NCBI GenBank assembly: GCA_963848495.1
Contig: CAWKDV010000003.1
Location: forward strand, 155,057 to 219,056
Length of the DNA stretch: 64,000 nt
Origin: an uncultured Thermoleophilaceae bacterium
GTDB lineage: Bacteria; Actinomycetota; Thermoleophilia; Solirubrobacterales; Thermoleophilaceae
Direction: 5' to 3'
The translations under genes and the position numbers were made by a program. The notes beneath the pieces are model-generated. The model saw nothing but the letters and a program-made list of their open reading frames with translations, ran no database searches and had not been told where the DNA came from. Positions 46,051-54,331 of this stretch are shown one piece after another (position 1 is the first letter of the stretch; every line of letters begins with the position of its first letter).

Positions 46051-47217
46051 TTACACGCCCCACAGCTCGCGGCTGGCGATCGCGGCGCCCTCCGCCAGCG
46101 CGCCGAGCTTGGCCCACATGATCGTCGGGTGCACGCGCTGGATGAACGGGCCCTGCGCGAAGCCGCAGTCGGTGCCGCCCATCAGGTTGTCGCGGCCGAC
46201 GAGCCTGCCCAGCCGCGTGAGCCGCTCCGCCACCAGCTCCGGGTGCTCCACCACGTTGGTCGAGTGGCTGATCACGCCCGGCACGAGCACCTTGCCGTCG
46301 GGCAGCTTCAGGTCCTCCCACACCCGCCATTCGTGCTCGTGGCGCGGGTTGGCCATCTCCACGAGGTAGTGGCCGGCGTTCACCTCGAGCACGATGTCGA
46401 GGATGTCCTCCGCCGGCACGTCCCCGACGTGGGGAGCGTTGAAGCTGCCCCAGCAGATGTGGTAGCGGATGCGCTCCGCGGGCAGGCCGCGCAGCGCGTG
46501 GTTGAGGATCTCGACGCGTGACTTCGCCCAGCGCCGGTAGTCCTCGAGCGTGCCCGGCGGGACCATGATGTCGAACATCCAGGGGATGAATGCGTCGTCC
46601 ACCTGGAGCGTGAGGCCGGCGTCGAGGATCAGCCTGTACTCCTCGCGCAGCGCCTCGGCCACGGCGTAGAGGAACTCCTCCTCGCTCGAGTAGACGTCCT
46701 CCCAGCCGATTCCGAACACGCTCGCGGGGGCCACGACCGGCAGGAAGGCGCCCGCCACGTCGGCGCCGTCCAGCGCCTGGAGCAGGTTCTCGATGTCGAC
46801 CCTCACGGCGTCCTGCCCCGAGTAGGAGACCGGGCCCGCGCAGAACCAGCCGCGCTGGTCCGCGGGGTCGAAGCCCTGCGACCCCGCGTATTCGGCCCAG
46901 AACTCCGGGAACAGGCGGGCGTCGTTGGTGGGCGGCAGCCCGGCGTCCGCCGGCACCTCGCCGCGCTCGACCCCCGCGAGGCGAGTGTTGATGTAGGCGT
47001 TCCAGAGGATCGGCTTGCCGAACTCGCCGTCGCTCACCACGTCGACGCCGGCCTCGGACTGCTGCCCGACGACATCGGCGACCGACTCCCGCAGGCAGCG
47101 CTCGAAGGCCGCCTCGTCGTAGGGCTCGCCGTCGTGCTGCGCGCGCAGGAACGCGCGCAGCTCCGGCGGGCGGATCAGGCTGCCCGCGTGCGTGGTGAGG
47201 ATGCGGCCTGCGCTCAA
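46051..47217 (-). CDS. Cobalamin-independent methionine synthase (MetE C-terminal domain)-like protein, paralog 2
   Basis: ILTTHAGSLIRPPEL..., SDGEFGK, ICWGSFNAPH and GGTDCGFAQ motifs. The TTG start overlaps the stop of paralog 1 (TTGA). Confidence 0.75.
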   Translation of the reverse strand: MSAGRILTTHAGSLIRPPELRAFLRAQHDGEPYDEAAFERCLRESVADVVGQQSEAGVDVVSDGEFGKPILWNAYINTRLAGVERGEVPADAGLPPTNDARLFPEFWAEYAGSQGFDPADQRGWFCAGPVSYSGQDAVRVDIENLLQALDGADVAGAFLPVVAPASVFGIGWEDVYSSEEEFLYAVAEALREEYRLILDAGLTLQVDDAFIPWMFDIMVPPGTLEDYRRWAKSRVEILNHALRGLPAERIRYHICWGSFNAPHVGDVPAEDILDIVLEVNAGHYLVEMANPRHEHEWRVWEDLKLPDGKVLVPGVISHSTNVVEHPELVAERLTRLGRLVGRDNLMGGTDCGFAQGPFIQRVHPTIMWAKLGALAEGAAIASRELWGV

Positions 47218-48434
47218 GCCGCGGCCTTCGCCCCCCACAGCCGGCGCGTGGCCAGCTCGCAGCCCTCGGACAGCGCGGCGAGCTTCGCCCACTGGATCTC
47301 GGGGTGCACGCGCCGCACGAAGGCGCCCTGCGCGAAGCCGCAGTCGGTGCCGCCGAGCACGTTCTCGCGGCCGACGACCTTCGCCAGCCTCGTGAGCCGC
47401 TGAGCGACGAGCTCGGGGTGCTCGACCACGTTCGTGTGGTGCGTGACCACGCCCGGGATCAGCTTGCGGCCCTCGGGCAGCTTCACGTCCTCCCAGATCT
47501 GCCACTCGTGCTCGTGCCGGGCGTTCGACTGCTCCATGGCGTAGTGGCCGGCGTTCACGCGCAGGACCATGTCGATCACGTCCCGGAGCGGCGGGTCGTA
47601 GACGTGCGGGCCGTGCCAGCTTCCCCAGCAGATGTGGTACCGGATGCGCTCCTCCGGGATGCCCTCGAGCGCGTGGTTGAGCGCGTCGACGCGCAGCTCC
47701 GCCCAGCGCCGGTAGTCCTCCCACGATCCGCCCAGCGACATGATCGAGTCCGCCTCGTGCATCAGCACGGCGTCGTCCACCTGCACCAGCAGGCCGTTGT
47801 CGACGATCGTCTTGTACTCGTCGTGCAGGGCGTCGGCCAGCGCGAAGACGAAGTCTTCCTCGCTGTCGTAGTACTCGTTCTCGAGCCAGTAGGCGCTCGC
47901 CGGCGCGACGACCGGCAGGAAGCCGTCCACCACGTCGTGACCCTCGAGCGCGGACTTGAGGTTGTCGATGTCCCGCTGCAGCAGCGCGGTGTCGTACTTG
48001 ATCGGGCCGGTGCAGAACCACTTCATGCCCTCGGGCGGCGCGTCAGGGTCGATCTCCACGTCGCCGCTGCCCTGGCTCTCGCGGTTCTCGTGCTCGAACT
48101 CCTTGTCGAGCTCCTCGTAGAAGCCCGGGAAGTGCTGGCGGTCGCGGCTCGGCGGCAGGATGCTCGTGCTGTCGAGCTGGACCATGCGCGGCTCGAGCCC
48201 GCTCACCCGCTCGTAGAGGTAGGTGATCCAGGTCGACTTGCCCATCTCCCCGTCGTTGGGGATGTCGATGCCGGCCTCCACCTGGCGGCGTACCGTGTCG
48301 TTCACCGACTCCTGCAGCGTGCGCTGGTAGGCGTCCTCGTCGTAGGAGGCGCCGCTCTCCTTGGCCTTCAGGAACTCGAGCAGCTCAGGCGGGCGGATCA
48401 GGCTGCCGGTATGAGTGGCAAGGATGCGGTCCAC
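47214..48434 (-). CDS. Cobalamin-independent methionine synthase (MetE C-terminal domain)-like protein, paralog 1
   Basis: ILATHTGSLIRPPEL..., NDGEMGK, ICWGSWHGPH and GGTDCGFAQ. GTG at 48434 is preceded by GGGAGGAG. Confidence 0.75.
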   Translation of the reverse strand: MDRILATHTGSLIRPPELLEFLKAKESGASYDEDAYQRTLQESVNDTVRRQVEAGIDIPNDGEMGKSTWITYLYERVSGLEPRMVQLDSTSILPPSRDRQHFPGFYEELDKEFEHENRESQGSGDVEIDPDAPPEGMKWFCTGPIKYDTALLQRDIDNLKSALEGHDVVDGFLPVVAPASAYWLENEYYDSEEDFVFALADALHDEYKTIVDNGLLVQVDDAVLMHEADSIMSLGGSWEDYRRWAELRVDALNHALEGIPEERIRYHICWGSWHGPHVYDPPLRDVIDMVLRVNAGHYAMEQSNARHEHEWQIWEDVKLPEGRKLIPGVVTHHTNVVEHPELVAQRLTRLAKVVGRENVLGGTDCGFAQGAFVRRVHPEIQWAKLAALSEGCELATRRLWGAKAAA

Positions 48435-48461
48435 GTCTCCTCCCAACGTCTGTCGCCGATT

Positions 48462-48488
48462 TTGTTGACAATCTAACGAACAAGTGAG
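48462..48488 (+). promoter_or_regulatory. Promoter/operator-like box TTGTTGACAATCTAACGAACAA, copy 2
   Basis: Same 22-mer family as 45300-45326. Lies in the divergent gap between MetE-like paralog 1 and the PPOX-class gene. Confidence 0.5.
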
Positions 48489-48554
48489 TAGAGCGCAGAG
48501 CACAGAGCGCTGAGCGCGGCAATGGCGCTCTGCCCTCCGCGCTCTGCGCTCTAC
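48488..48554. repeat. Palindrome built from phased heptamers (AGAGCGC / GCGCTCT units)
   Basis: GT AGAGCGC AGAGCAC AGAGCGC TGAGCGC ggcaatg GCGCTCT GCCCTCC GCGCTCT GCGCTCT AC. The outer 14 bp pair perfectly, each arm has four 7-nt units, and the loop is 7 nt. Confidence 0.6.
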
Positions 48555-48588
48555 CTCTGCATACAGGCCGTGAAGAAAGGCTTAACAG

Positions 48589-48981
48589 ATGAGTGACTTC
48601 CCGAGCTCCCACGCCGACCTGCTCGACTCCGACGTGGCCACGCTCGCCACGATCAATGCTGACGGCAGCCCGCAGCAGACCGCGGTGTGGTTCCTGCACG
48701 ACGACGGCGAGCTCAAGACGTCGCTGAACACGGCGCGGCTCAAGACGAAGAACATGCAGCGCCGCCCGCAGTGCAGCCTGCTGCTGCTCGATCTCGCCAA
48801 CCCCTACCGCTACCTCGTGGTCCGGGGCAGCGCCCGGATCGAGCCGGACGACGACTACGAGTTCGCCGCCCGGCTGTCAGCGAAGTACGGCGGCGTCGAG
48901 TTCTGGGAGCACGACAACCCCGGCGAGCGCCGGGTGATCGTGACGATCGAGCCCTCGCGCGTGTACGCCCGCGGCGACTAG
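48589..48981 (+). CDS. PPOX-class (pyridoxamine 5'-phosphate oxidase fold) probable F420/FMN-dependent protein
   Basis: 130 aa. VATLATINADGSPQQTAVWF..., LLLLD..NPYRYLVVRG pattern. Confidence 0.7.
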   Translation: MSDFPSSHADLLDSDVATLATINADGSPQQTAVWFLHDDGELKTSLNTARLKTKNMQRRPQCSLLLLDLANPYRYLVVRGSARIEPDDDYEFAARLSAKYGGVEFWEHDNPGERRVIVTIEPSRVYARGD

Positions 48982-50378
48982 ACGGTGGCCTTCGTGCGCC
49001 AGCCCTCGGCGTACGACGTCCGCGGCACCTCGGAGTACGGGCAGGGGCTCACCACGGCGCGGATCTCCGCCTGCCGGTGGCGCTCCACCACGGGCTTGGC
49101 CGAGCCGCCATTCTCCTCGCCCCACACGAGCACCAGCTCGCTGCCGATCGGGATGTCCACGTCGACCATGCCGAGCGACAGCATCGAGCGCTCGTTGTAG
49201 CTGTAGCCCGAGAACATCGAGAAGCCGACGACCTCGTCGCCGTGCATCAGGCGGTCGTAGGGCCAGGTCGAGTAGTTCGACAGCGGCAGGTCGATGTACT
49301 TGACCGGATCGCCCTTCTCGAACAGCGAGCCCATCGCCTGCTCCACGTCGTCGCCGTTCCAGGCGAGCGTGACCTTGCGGCGCTTGGGCTCGTCCGCGAT
49401 CGCCTCGAGCGCCTCGCGCCCGATGAAGTCGTGGTCGAACTTCACGAACGGCCAGTAGCCGAGGTCGTGCGGCGTGAGGTAGTAGTCGGAGATGTCGTCC
49501 GAGTAGAAGCTGCCGCCGAGCGAGCCGGTGCCCTCGTAGCCCTGCGCCGGCAGCCACTCGCGGTAGGCCTTCATGTCGTCGCCCGTGAACACCGCCGGCA
49601 GCGGACACGGGATCCAGCCGGACTCGAGCGTGTTGGTCGCGTAGACGCGCGAGCCCACCTGGCGCAGGCCGAACTCCTCCCCCGCCTCGACGATCGCGGC
49701 CTTCACCTCGGCGCCCTCCTCCCAGGAGCCGAACAGCTCGAGGCCCGGGGCGCCCGACATGCCGTGATGCAGGGCGCGCACCCGGTGGCCGCCGATCTCG
49801 ATCCAGCCGAGGTTGAAGAACTTGATCTCCGGCAGGTTGCCGCCGGTGGCCTTGTCGAGCACCTGCATCGCCGTCGGGCCCTGCACCTGGTAGCGGTACA
49901 GCTCTCGGCGGCCGCTGGGGTTCACCGCCGTGCGCTCGTCGCGCTCGCAGCGCACGTCGTAGCCGCCGGTCTCGGCGTGGTACTGGACCCAGTTGTGGGC
50001 CGACGGCCGCCCCACCAGCCGCACGGTGTTCTCCTCGTGGAAGAACAGGATGCCGTCGCCGATGACGTAGCCGTCCGAGTTGCAGACGACGAGCTGCTTG
50101 GCCTTGCCGACCTCGAAATTGGCGAAGGTGTTCACGCCGACGTCCGACAGCAGCCGGATGACGTCAGGCCCCTGGATCGTGAGATCCGTCATGTGGTGCG
50201 ACTGGTCGAACAGCGCGCAGGTGGTCGCCCAGGCGACCTGCTCGTCGCGCCAGTTCGAGAACTCAGCCGCTACCGCCGGGTAGACGTACGGGCCGATCTG
50301 CGAATTGCGCGCCATTTCGACCGCGCTGCCGATCGCCTGCAGTCGCTCCTCCAAGCTCTTCTGGCTCATCTGGTGCAC
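48978..50378 (-). CDS. Aminomethyltransferase (GcvT-fold) family protein, LigM-like tetrahydrofolate-dependent aryl O-demethylase candidate
   Basis: 466 aa. Blocks NSQIGPYVYP..EFSNWRDEQ, FDQSHHM, LESGWIP.PLPA.FTGD.MKAYREWLP and KVTLAWNGDD match my recollection of LigM-type demethylases. metF is adjacent. An alternative ATG is at 50369. Confidence 0.65.
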   Translation of the reverse strand: MHQMSQKSLEERLQAIGSAVEMARNSQIGPYVYPAVAAEFSNWRDEQVAWATTCALFDQSHHMTDLTIQGPDVIRLLSDVGVNTFANFEVGKAKQLVVCNSDGYVIGDGILFFHEENTVRLVGRPSAHNWVQYHAETGGYDVRCERDERTAVNPSGRRELYRYQVQGPTAMQVLDKATGGNLPEIKFFNLGWIEIGGHRVRALHHGMSGAPGLELFGSWEEGAEVKAAIVEAGEEFGLRQVGSRVYATNTLESGWIPCPLPAVFTGDDMKAYREWLPAQGYEGTGSLGGSFYSDDISDYYLTPHDLGYWPFVKFDHDFIGREALEAIADEPKRRKVTLAWNGDDVEQAMGSLFEKGDPVKYIDLPLSNYSTWPYDRLMHGDEVVGFSMFSGYSYNERSMLSLGMVDVDIPIGSELVLVWGEENGGSAKPVVERHRQAEIRAVVSPCPYSEVPRTSYAEGWRTKATV

Positions 50379-51243
50379 CCTCCTCCTTCTGCCGGGGCAG
50401 GCTCGTGGCGGTGGTGTACCCGCCGCGGGCGCGATGCTCTCGCTCCCACTCGTAAGTGTCCACGAGCTTGTTGAACGTGTAGTAGTGGAACCCGGCGATG
50501 CCGAGCGCCGGGTCTTCGAGGCAGGGCACGAGGCGGTCGAGCAGCTTGTCGCCCGCCGGCCCGGAGCGCCCGAGCAGGCGCCGGAAGAAGCCGTGCTGCT
50601 TGCGCAGGAACCGAAGCGACGGTCCCACCCCGATGCGCATCGAGATCTCCGCGAGGCGGCGGCGATCCACCACCCCCGGCATGCCCACGATCACCGGCAG
50701 CTCGAGGCCGTGAGCACGGGCGTGGCGGATCCAATCGAGCAGCGGATCGGCCTCGAAGCAGAGCTGCGTGGTGACGTAGTCGGCGAACGGCGCCTTGCGC
50801 TCGAGCGCCTCGGCAAGCGTGCGCTCGTCGATCGCCGGGTGGCCCTCGGGATAGGCGGCGATGCCGAGCGCCTGCGGGCGCAATGGGTGCGCCGCGATGT
50901 CCGGCAGCAGCTCGACGGCGGACGAGTAGTCGCCGTGCGCGTGCGGCGCGTCGCCGCCGATCACGAACGCGTCGTCGACGCCGATCTCCGCCATGTCGGC
51001 GAGCAGCCGGTCGAGGTGGTCGCGGTCGCGCACCATCCGCGCTGCGAGGTGCAGCGTCACCGCGTGGCCCAGCCCGCGGATGCGGCGGGCCACCTCGACG
51101 CTGCGGTCGGGGCCGTGCTTGGGCGAGCACGTGATCGTGAGCCGCACCGGGCTCGGGAGCTCGGCGGCCTCCTCCTCGCTGCGGCCGAGGGGAAGGATCT
51201 CGAAGCGCGCGAGCTGATCGATGGGCGATTGGGCGTCAGCCAC
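50263..51243 (-). CDS. metF: Methylenetetrahydrofolate reductase
   Basis: MTHFR-family pattern (ILPLGRSEEEA.., ITCSPKHG, AAYPEGHP, TQLCFE, GMPG). The ORF runs 116 nt into the next gene, and that tail looks non-conserved. Confidence 0.75.
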   Translation of the reverse strand: MADAQSPIDQLARFEILPLGRSEEEAAELPSPVRLTITCSPKHGPDRSVEVARRIRGLGHAVTLHLAARMVRDRDHLDRLLADMAEIGVDDAFVIGGDAPHAHGDYSSAVELLPDIAAHPLRPQALGIAAYPEGHPAIDERTLAEALERKAPFADYVTTQLCFEADPLLDWIRHARAHGLELPVIVGMPGVVDRRRLAEISMRIGVGPSLRFLRKQHGFFRRLLGRSGPAGDKLLDRLVPCLEDPALGIAGFHYYTFNKLVDTYEWEREHRARGGYTTATSLPRQKEEGAPDEPEELGGATAGDRQRGRNGAQFADRPVRLPGGSG

Positions 51244-51255
51244 TGGTCAACGCCG

Positions 51256-51285
51256 TTGTATACAGCGCCGGAGCTCTGTATACAA
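51256..51285. promoter_or_regulatory. Twin TGTATACA palindromes (TTGTATACAG-N10-CTGTATACAA), candidate GntR-type operator upstream of metF
   Basis: Perfect 10-bp inverted repeat with a 10-nt spacer, 13 nt upstream of the metF ATG. Each half is itself a GT-N-AC type palindrome and is AT-rich against a very GC-rich background. Confidence 0.55.
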
Positions 51286-51352
51286 CCCCCGCCCCCTGGA
51301 ATACCAACGGCCGCCGCGAGCACAGCCTGGCCCGCGGCGGCCGTTTCGGCAC

Positions 51353-51563
51353 TCAGCTGATCTTGTGCTTCCCCGCCTTCAGCACCTTCACGGTGCCGGA
51401 GCTCTCGGGCTTCGAGCAGCGGGAAGGTCTGGCCCACAGCCGGACCCTTGACCGGAACGCCCTGGACGGTGCCCTTCTTGTACGTCTGCTTGAACGTGTT
51501 GCCGGTGTTGCGGCCGAGCGTATAGCTCCCTTGTTCGAGTGGGCGCGTGAAGCGTAGCTGCAC
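51353..51563 (-). pseudogene. Small Lys-rich ORF whose coding signal changes frame near 51410
   Basis: G/C at third positions is strong in one frame for ...GSYTLGRNTGNTFKQTYKKGTVQGVPVKGPAVGQTFPLLE. It then moves to another frame for PESSGTVKVLKAGKHKIS-stop. No family recognised. Confidence 0.3.
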
Positions 51564-51633
51564 ACAGGTTGCATGCAAAGTGCCCGCAACGGGCCCCGCG
51601 CCGTGCGACCGGAACGCGGGGCCCGTGCTCCTC

Positions 51634-53023
51634 TTAGCGGGCAGGCCTTACGGGATGGTTCGAGACGAACAGCTCCTCGGCGTCGTAGCGCGACTTCACC
51701 TGCTGGAGCAGGCGGTAGGTCGTCGAGTCGAAGAGCTCGTCCGCGTCGGCGCTCGTCTCCGAGAAGTTGAAGTAGCCGTAGTCGGCCTCCCAGGGCTCGA
51801 GCGCCTGCTGGACGGCGCCCAGATCGCGCACGATCTGCTCGCCCAGCTCGGGGGTCATCGGCAGGCCGATGGCGAACATCGCGTAGTCGCCGTCGAGCGC
51901 CGACAGCGCGCCGTGCTCGGACGAGCGGCGGCCGAGCGCTCCGCCGAGCTGCCGCAGCTCCACGAACAGGAGCGACGAGCCGGACTCCGGCCCCGCCACG
52001 TCCACGATCGCCTCCACCGTCGCGGCGCTCAGCTCGGCCAGCATCATCCCGTCGCCGATGCCCGGCACCGGGTCCTCGGGGTCCTGGTGGAAGCGCGGCA
52101 GCTCGGAGGCCGGCAGCATGCCGAAGGTGTCGATCTCGGGACCGAGCTCGCGCAGCGGCCGGATCAGCTCGGCGCCGCTCGCCTCGTCGCCCTGGTAGAC
52201 GATCTCGACCACGGCGAGCGAGCGTCCGCGCAGCGGCTCGGGGATGTCGGGCAGCGGCGGCAGGCGCAGGATGCTTGTCGACGAGGTGGCGGTGTCGGGG
52301 GCGGTGTCGGCCCAGCGGCGGTAGCCGTGGAGAACGTCGGCGCTGCGCTCGATCGGGAAGATGAGCCAGCCGGCGTAGACCTCGGTGAGCGGGTAGAGGT
52401 CGAACTCGATCGCGGTCACCACGCCGAAGCTCCCGCCGCCGCCGCGCAGCGCCCAGAACACGTCGGAGTGGCGCTCGCGGTCGGCACGGATGTGCCGGCC
52501 CTGCGCGGTGACGAGCTCGATCGCCGTCACGCTGTTCGCCGCGAAGCCGTGGCTGCGCGCGAGCCAGCCGATGCCGCCGCCGAGCGTGTAGCCCACCACG
52601 CCGACGTTCGGCGAGGAGCCGTGCAGCGCCACGAGGCCGTGCTCGGCCGCGGGCTCGGTCACGTCGGTCCAGATCGCGCCGGCCTCGGCGCGCGCGCTGC
52701 CGCGCGACCGGGTCGATCTCCACGCCGCGCATCCGCTCGGTCTTCAGAAGAATGGTCTCGTCGAGCGCCTCCATCGCCACCGCGCCGTGCCCGGTGCCCT
52801 GCGCCGCGACACGCAGCCCGTTGTCCCGCGCGAACTTCACGATCTCGACGACGTCCTCGACCGACTCCACGAGCGCCACGGCGGCGGGCTCCTGGTCGGC
52901 TGCGAGGTTCCAGGCCTGCCGCGCTACGTCCCAGCTCTCGTCGACGGGGGTCACCACGTCGCCCGAGATGCGCGCGCGCAGGGCCTGGAGATCAGGCGCG
53001 GCGGTGAGGATCACAGGGTTCAT
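51634..53023 (-). pseudogene. FAD-binding PCMH-type (FAD_binding_4 / BBE-like) oxidoreductase interrupted by a 1-nt frameshift in a (GC)n run
   Basis: The N-terminal 110 aa are in the frame of the 53023 ORF (VVEIVKFARDNGLRVAAQGTGHG). The rest is in the frame of 51634-52662 (GYTLGGGIGWLARSHG, FWALRGGGGSFGVVT). The expected junction ...DPVAR.ARAEAGAIWTDVTEP is broken at GCGCGCGCGC around 52687-52697. Confidence 0.6.
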
Positions 53024-53225
53024 TGGGGCTCCTTGGTCTGGTCGTCAGTCCTTTTGAAAGACTGGCCTCGGAGCGCCGCTGTGCCAGTACGGGCTGCCAG
53101 CGAATGGCGGGTGCGGCTGGCCACCCGCGGCGGCCGGTTAACCCACTTGCGCCACGCATCCGGCTGATAGTTGACTCCGCAACCAACTGCTATCGTTGGG
53201 TGCACACTTGGGAGGAAGGAACGCG

Positions 53226-54155
53226 ATGAAGCTCGAGGGCATCCACCACGTAACTGCGATCACCGGCGACGCGCCCGCCAACGTCGACTTCTACACGCGC
53301 GTCTTGGGCCTGCGCCTGGTGAAGAAGACCGTCAACCAGGACGACCCCACCGTCTACCACCTCTTCTACGCCGACGAGAACGGCTCCGCCGGCTCCGACC
53401 TCACCTTCTTCGAGTACCCCGGCGCGATGCGCGGAACGGCGGGCGCGGGCATGGTGCATCGGGTGGCGTATCGGGTCGCCTCGCCCGAGGCGCTCGACTT
53501 CTGGGAGTTGCGCCTGCGCGGAGAGGGCATCGATGTCTCTCGCGGCGACGGCTCGCTCGTCTTCGCCGACCCCGAGGGCCTCGGCCTGGAGCTGGTCGTG
53601 GCGGACACGAGCGACGAGCCGCTGATCGCCGACCATCCCGAGATTCCCGCCGAGCTGGCCCTGCAGGGCTTCGATCACGTGCGCGCCTACACCGCCGATC
53701 CCGAGCGCAGCCGCGACCTGCTCGAGAACACCCTCGGCTTCGAGGACAGGGGCGACGGCAGCTTCGAGGCGCGCGGCGAGCGCCGCGGCGGCTTCATCCA
53801 CTACGACAGCTCGAGCGAGCGCGGCGTCCAGGGCGCGGGCACCGTCCACCACGTGGCCTGGGCCGCGCCGATGGACGAGCACGAGGCCTGGCGGCAGCGC
53901 GTGGCCGAGTCCGGCGCCCACCCCACGCCGGTGATCGACCGCTTCTACTTCCGCTCGATCTACTTCCGCGAGCCGAGCGGCGTGCTGTTCGAGATCGCCA
54001 CCCTCGGGCCGGGCTTCGCCACCGACGAGCCGGCCGAGCACCTGGGCGAGCGGCTGTCGCTGCCGCCGGCGTTCGAGCACCTGCGCGACCGCATCGAGCA
54101 GTCGGTCACCCCGCTGCCCGACCCGCGCGCGGGCTGGCGCGCAAAGACCGGTTAG
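53226..54155 (+). CDS. Ring-cleaving dioxygenase-like VOC family protein (two-domain)
   Basis: MKLEGIHHVTAITGDAPANVDFYTRVLGLRLVKKTVNQDDPTVYHLFY is the typical N-terminus of this family. ATG preceded by GGGAGGAAGG. Confidence 0.8.
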   Translation: MKLEGIHHVTAITGDAPANVDFYTRVLGLRLVKKTVNQDDPTVYHLFYADENGSAGSDLTFFEYPGAMRGTAGAGMVHRVAYRVASPEALDFWELRLRGEGIDVSRGDGSLVFADPEGLGLELVVADTSDEPLIADHPEIPAELALQGFDHVRAYTADPERSRDLLENTLGFEDRGDGSFEARGERRGGFIHYDSSSERGVQGAGTVHHVAWAAPMDEHEAWRQRVAESGAHPTPVIDRFYFRSIYFREPSGVLFEIATLGPGFATDEPAEHLGERLSLPPAFEHLRDRIEQSVTPLPDPRAGWRAKTG

Positions 54156-54165
54156 GGTTTCCCAA

Positions 54166-54331
54166 GCGACGACGCGAGCCCGAGTCGGCGCCGCGCGTCC
54201 CGGACGCGCGACGCTTCTCCGGGGTTACCCCGGGGGAAGGTGTGTCACCTAGGCATCGCATCGCATGCGCGCCACTGCTGCTCCGCGCAGCTAAGCGCAC
54301 GCACGACAGGAGCAGTCGGGCCGCTCGTCGC
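54166..54331 (+). ncRNA. Candidate structured RNA upstream of the reverse transcriptase (retron msr/msd-like placement, unproven)
   Basis: Long-range inverted repeats GCGACGACGCGAGCCCGA (54166-54183) and TCGGGCCGCTCGTCGC (54316-54331) give about 15 bp of pairing. They enclose two local hairpins (54192-54210, 54214-54239). A G follows the 5' repeat. The region ends 5 nt before the RT ORF. Confidence 0.3.

Noticed and set aside
51353-53023. 556-aa ORF taken at face value as one protein
   Set aside because: Only its first ~110 residues look like a real FAD-binding domain. The rest is Arg-rich junk, while the genuine continuation lies in the frame of 51634-52662.
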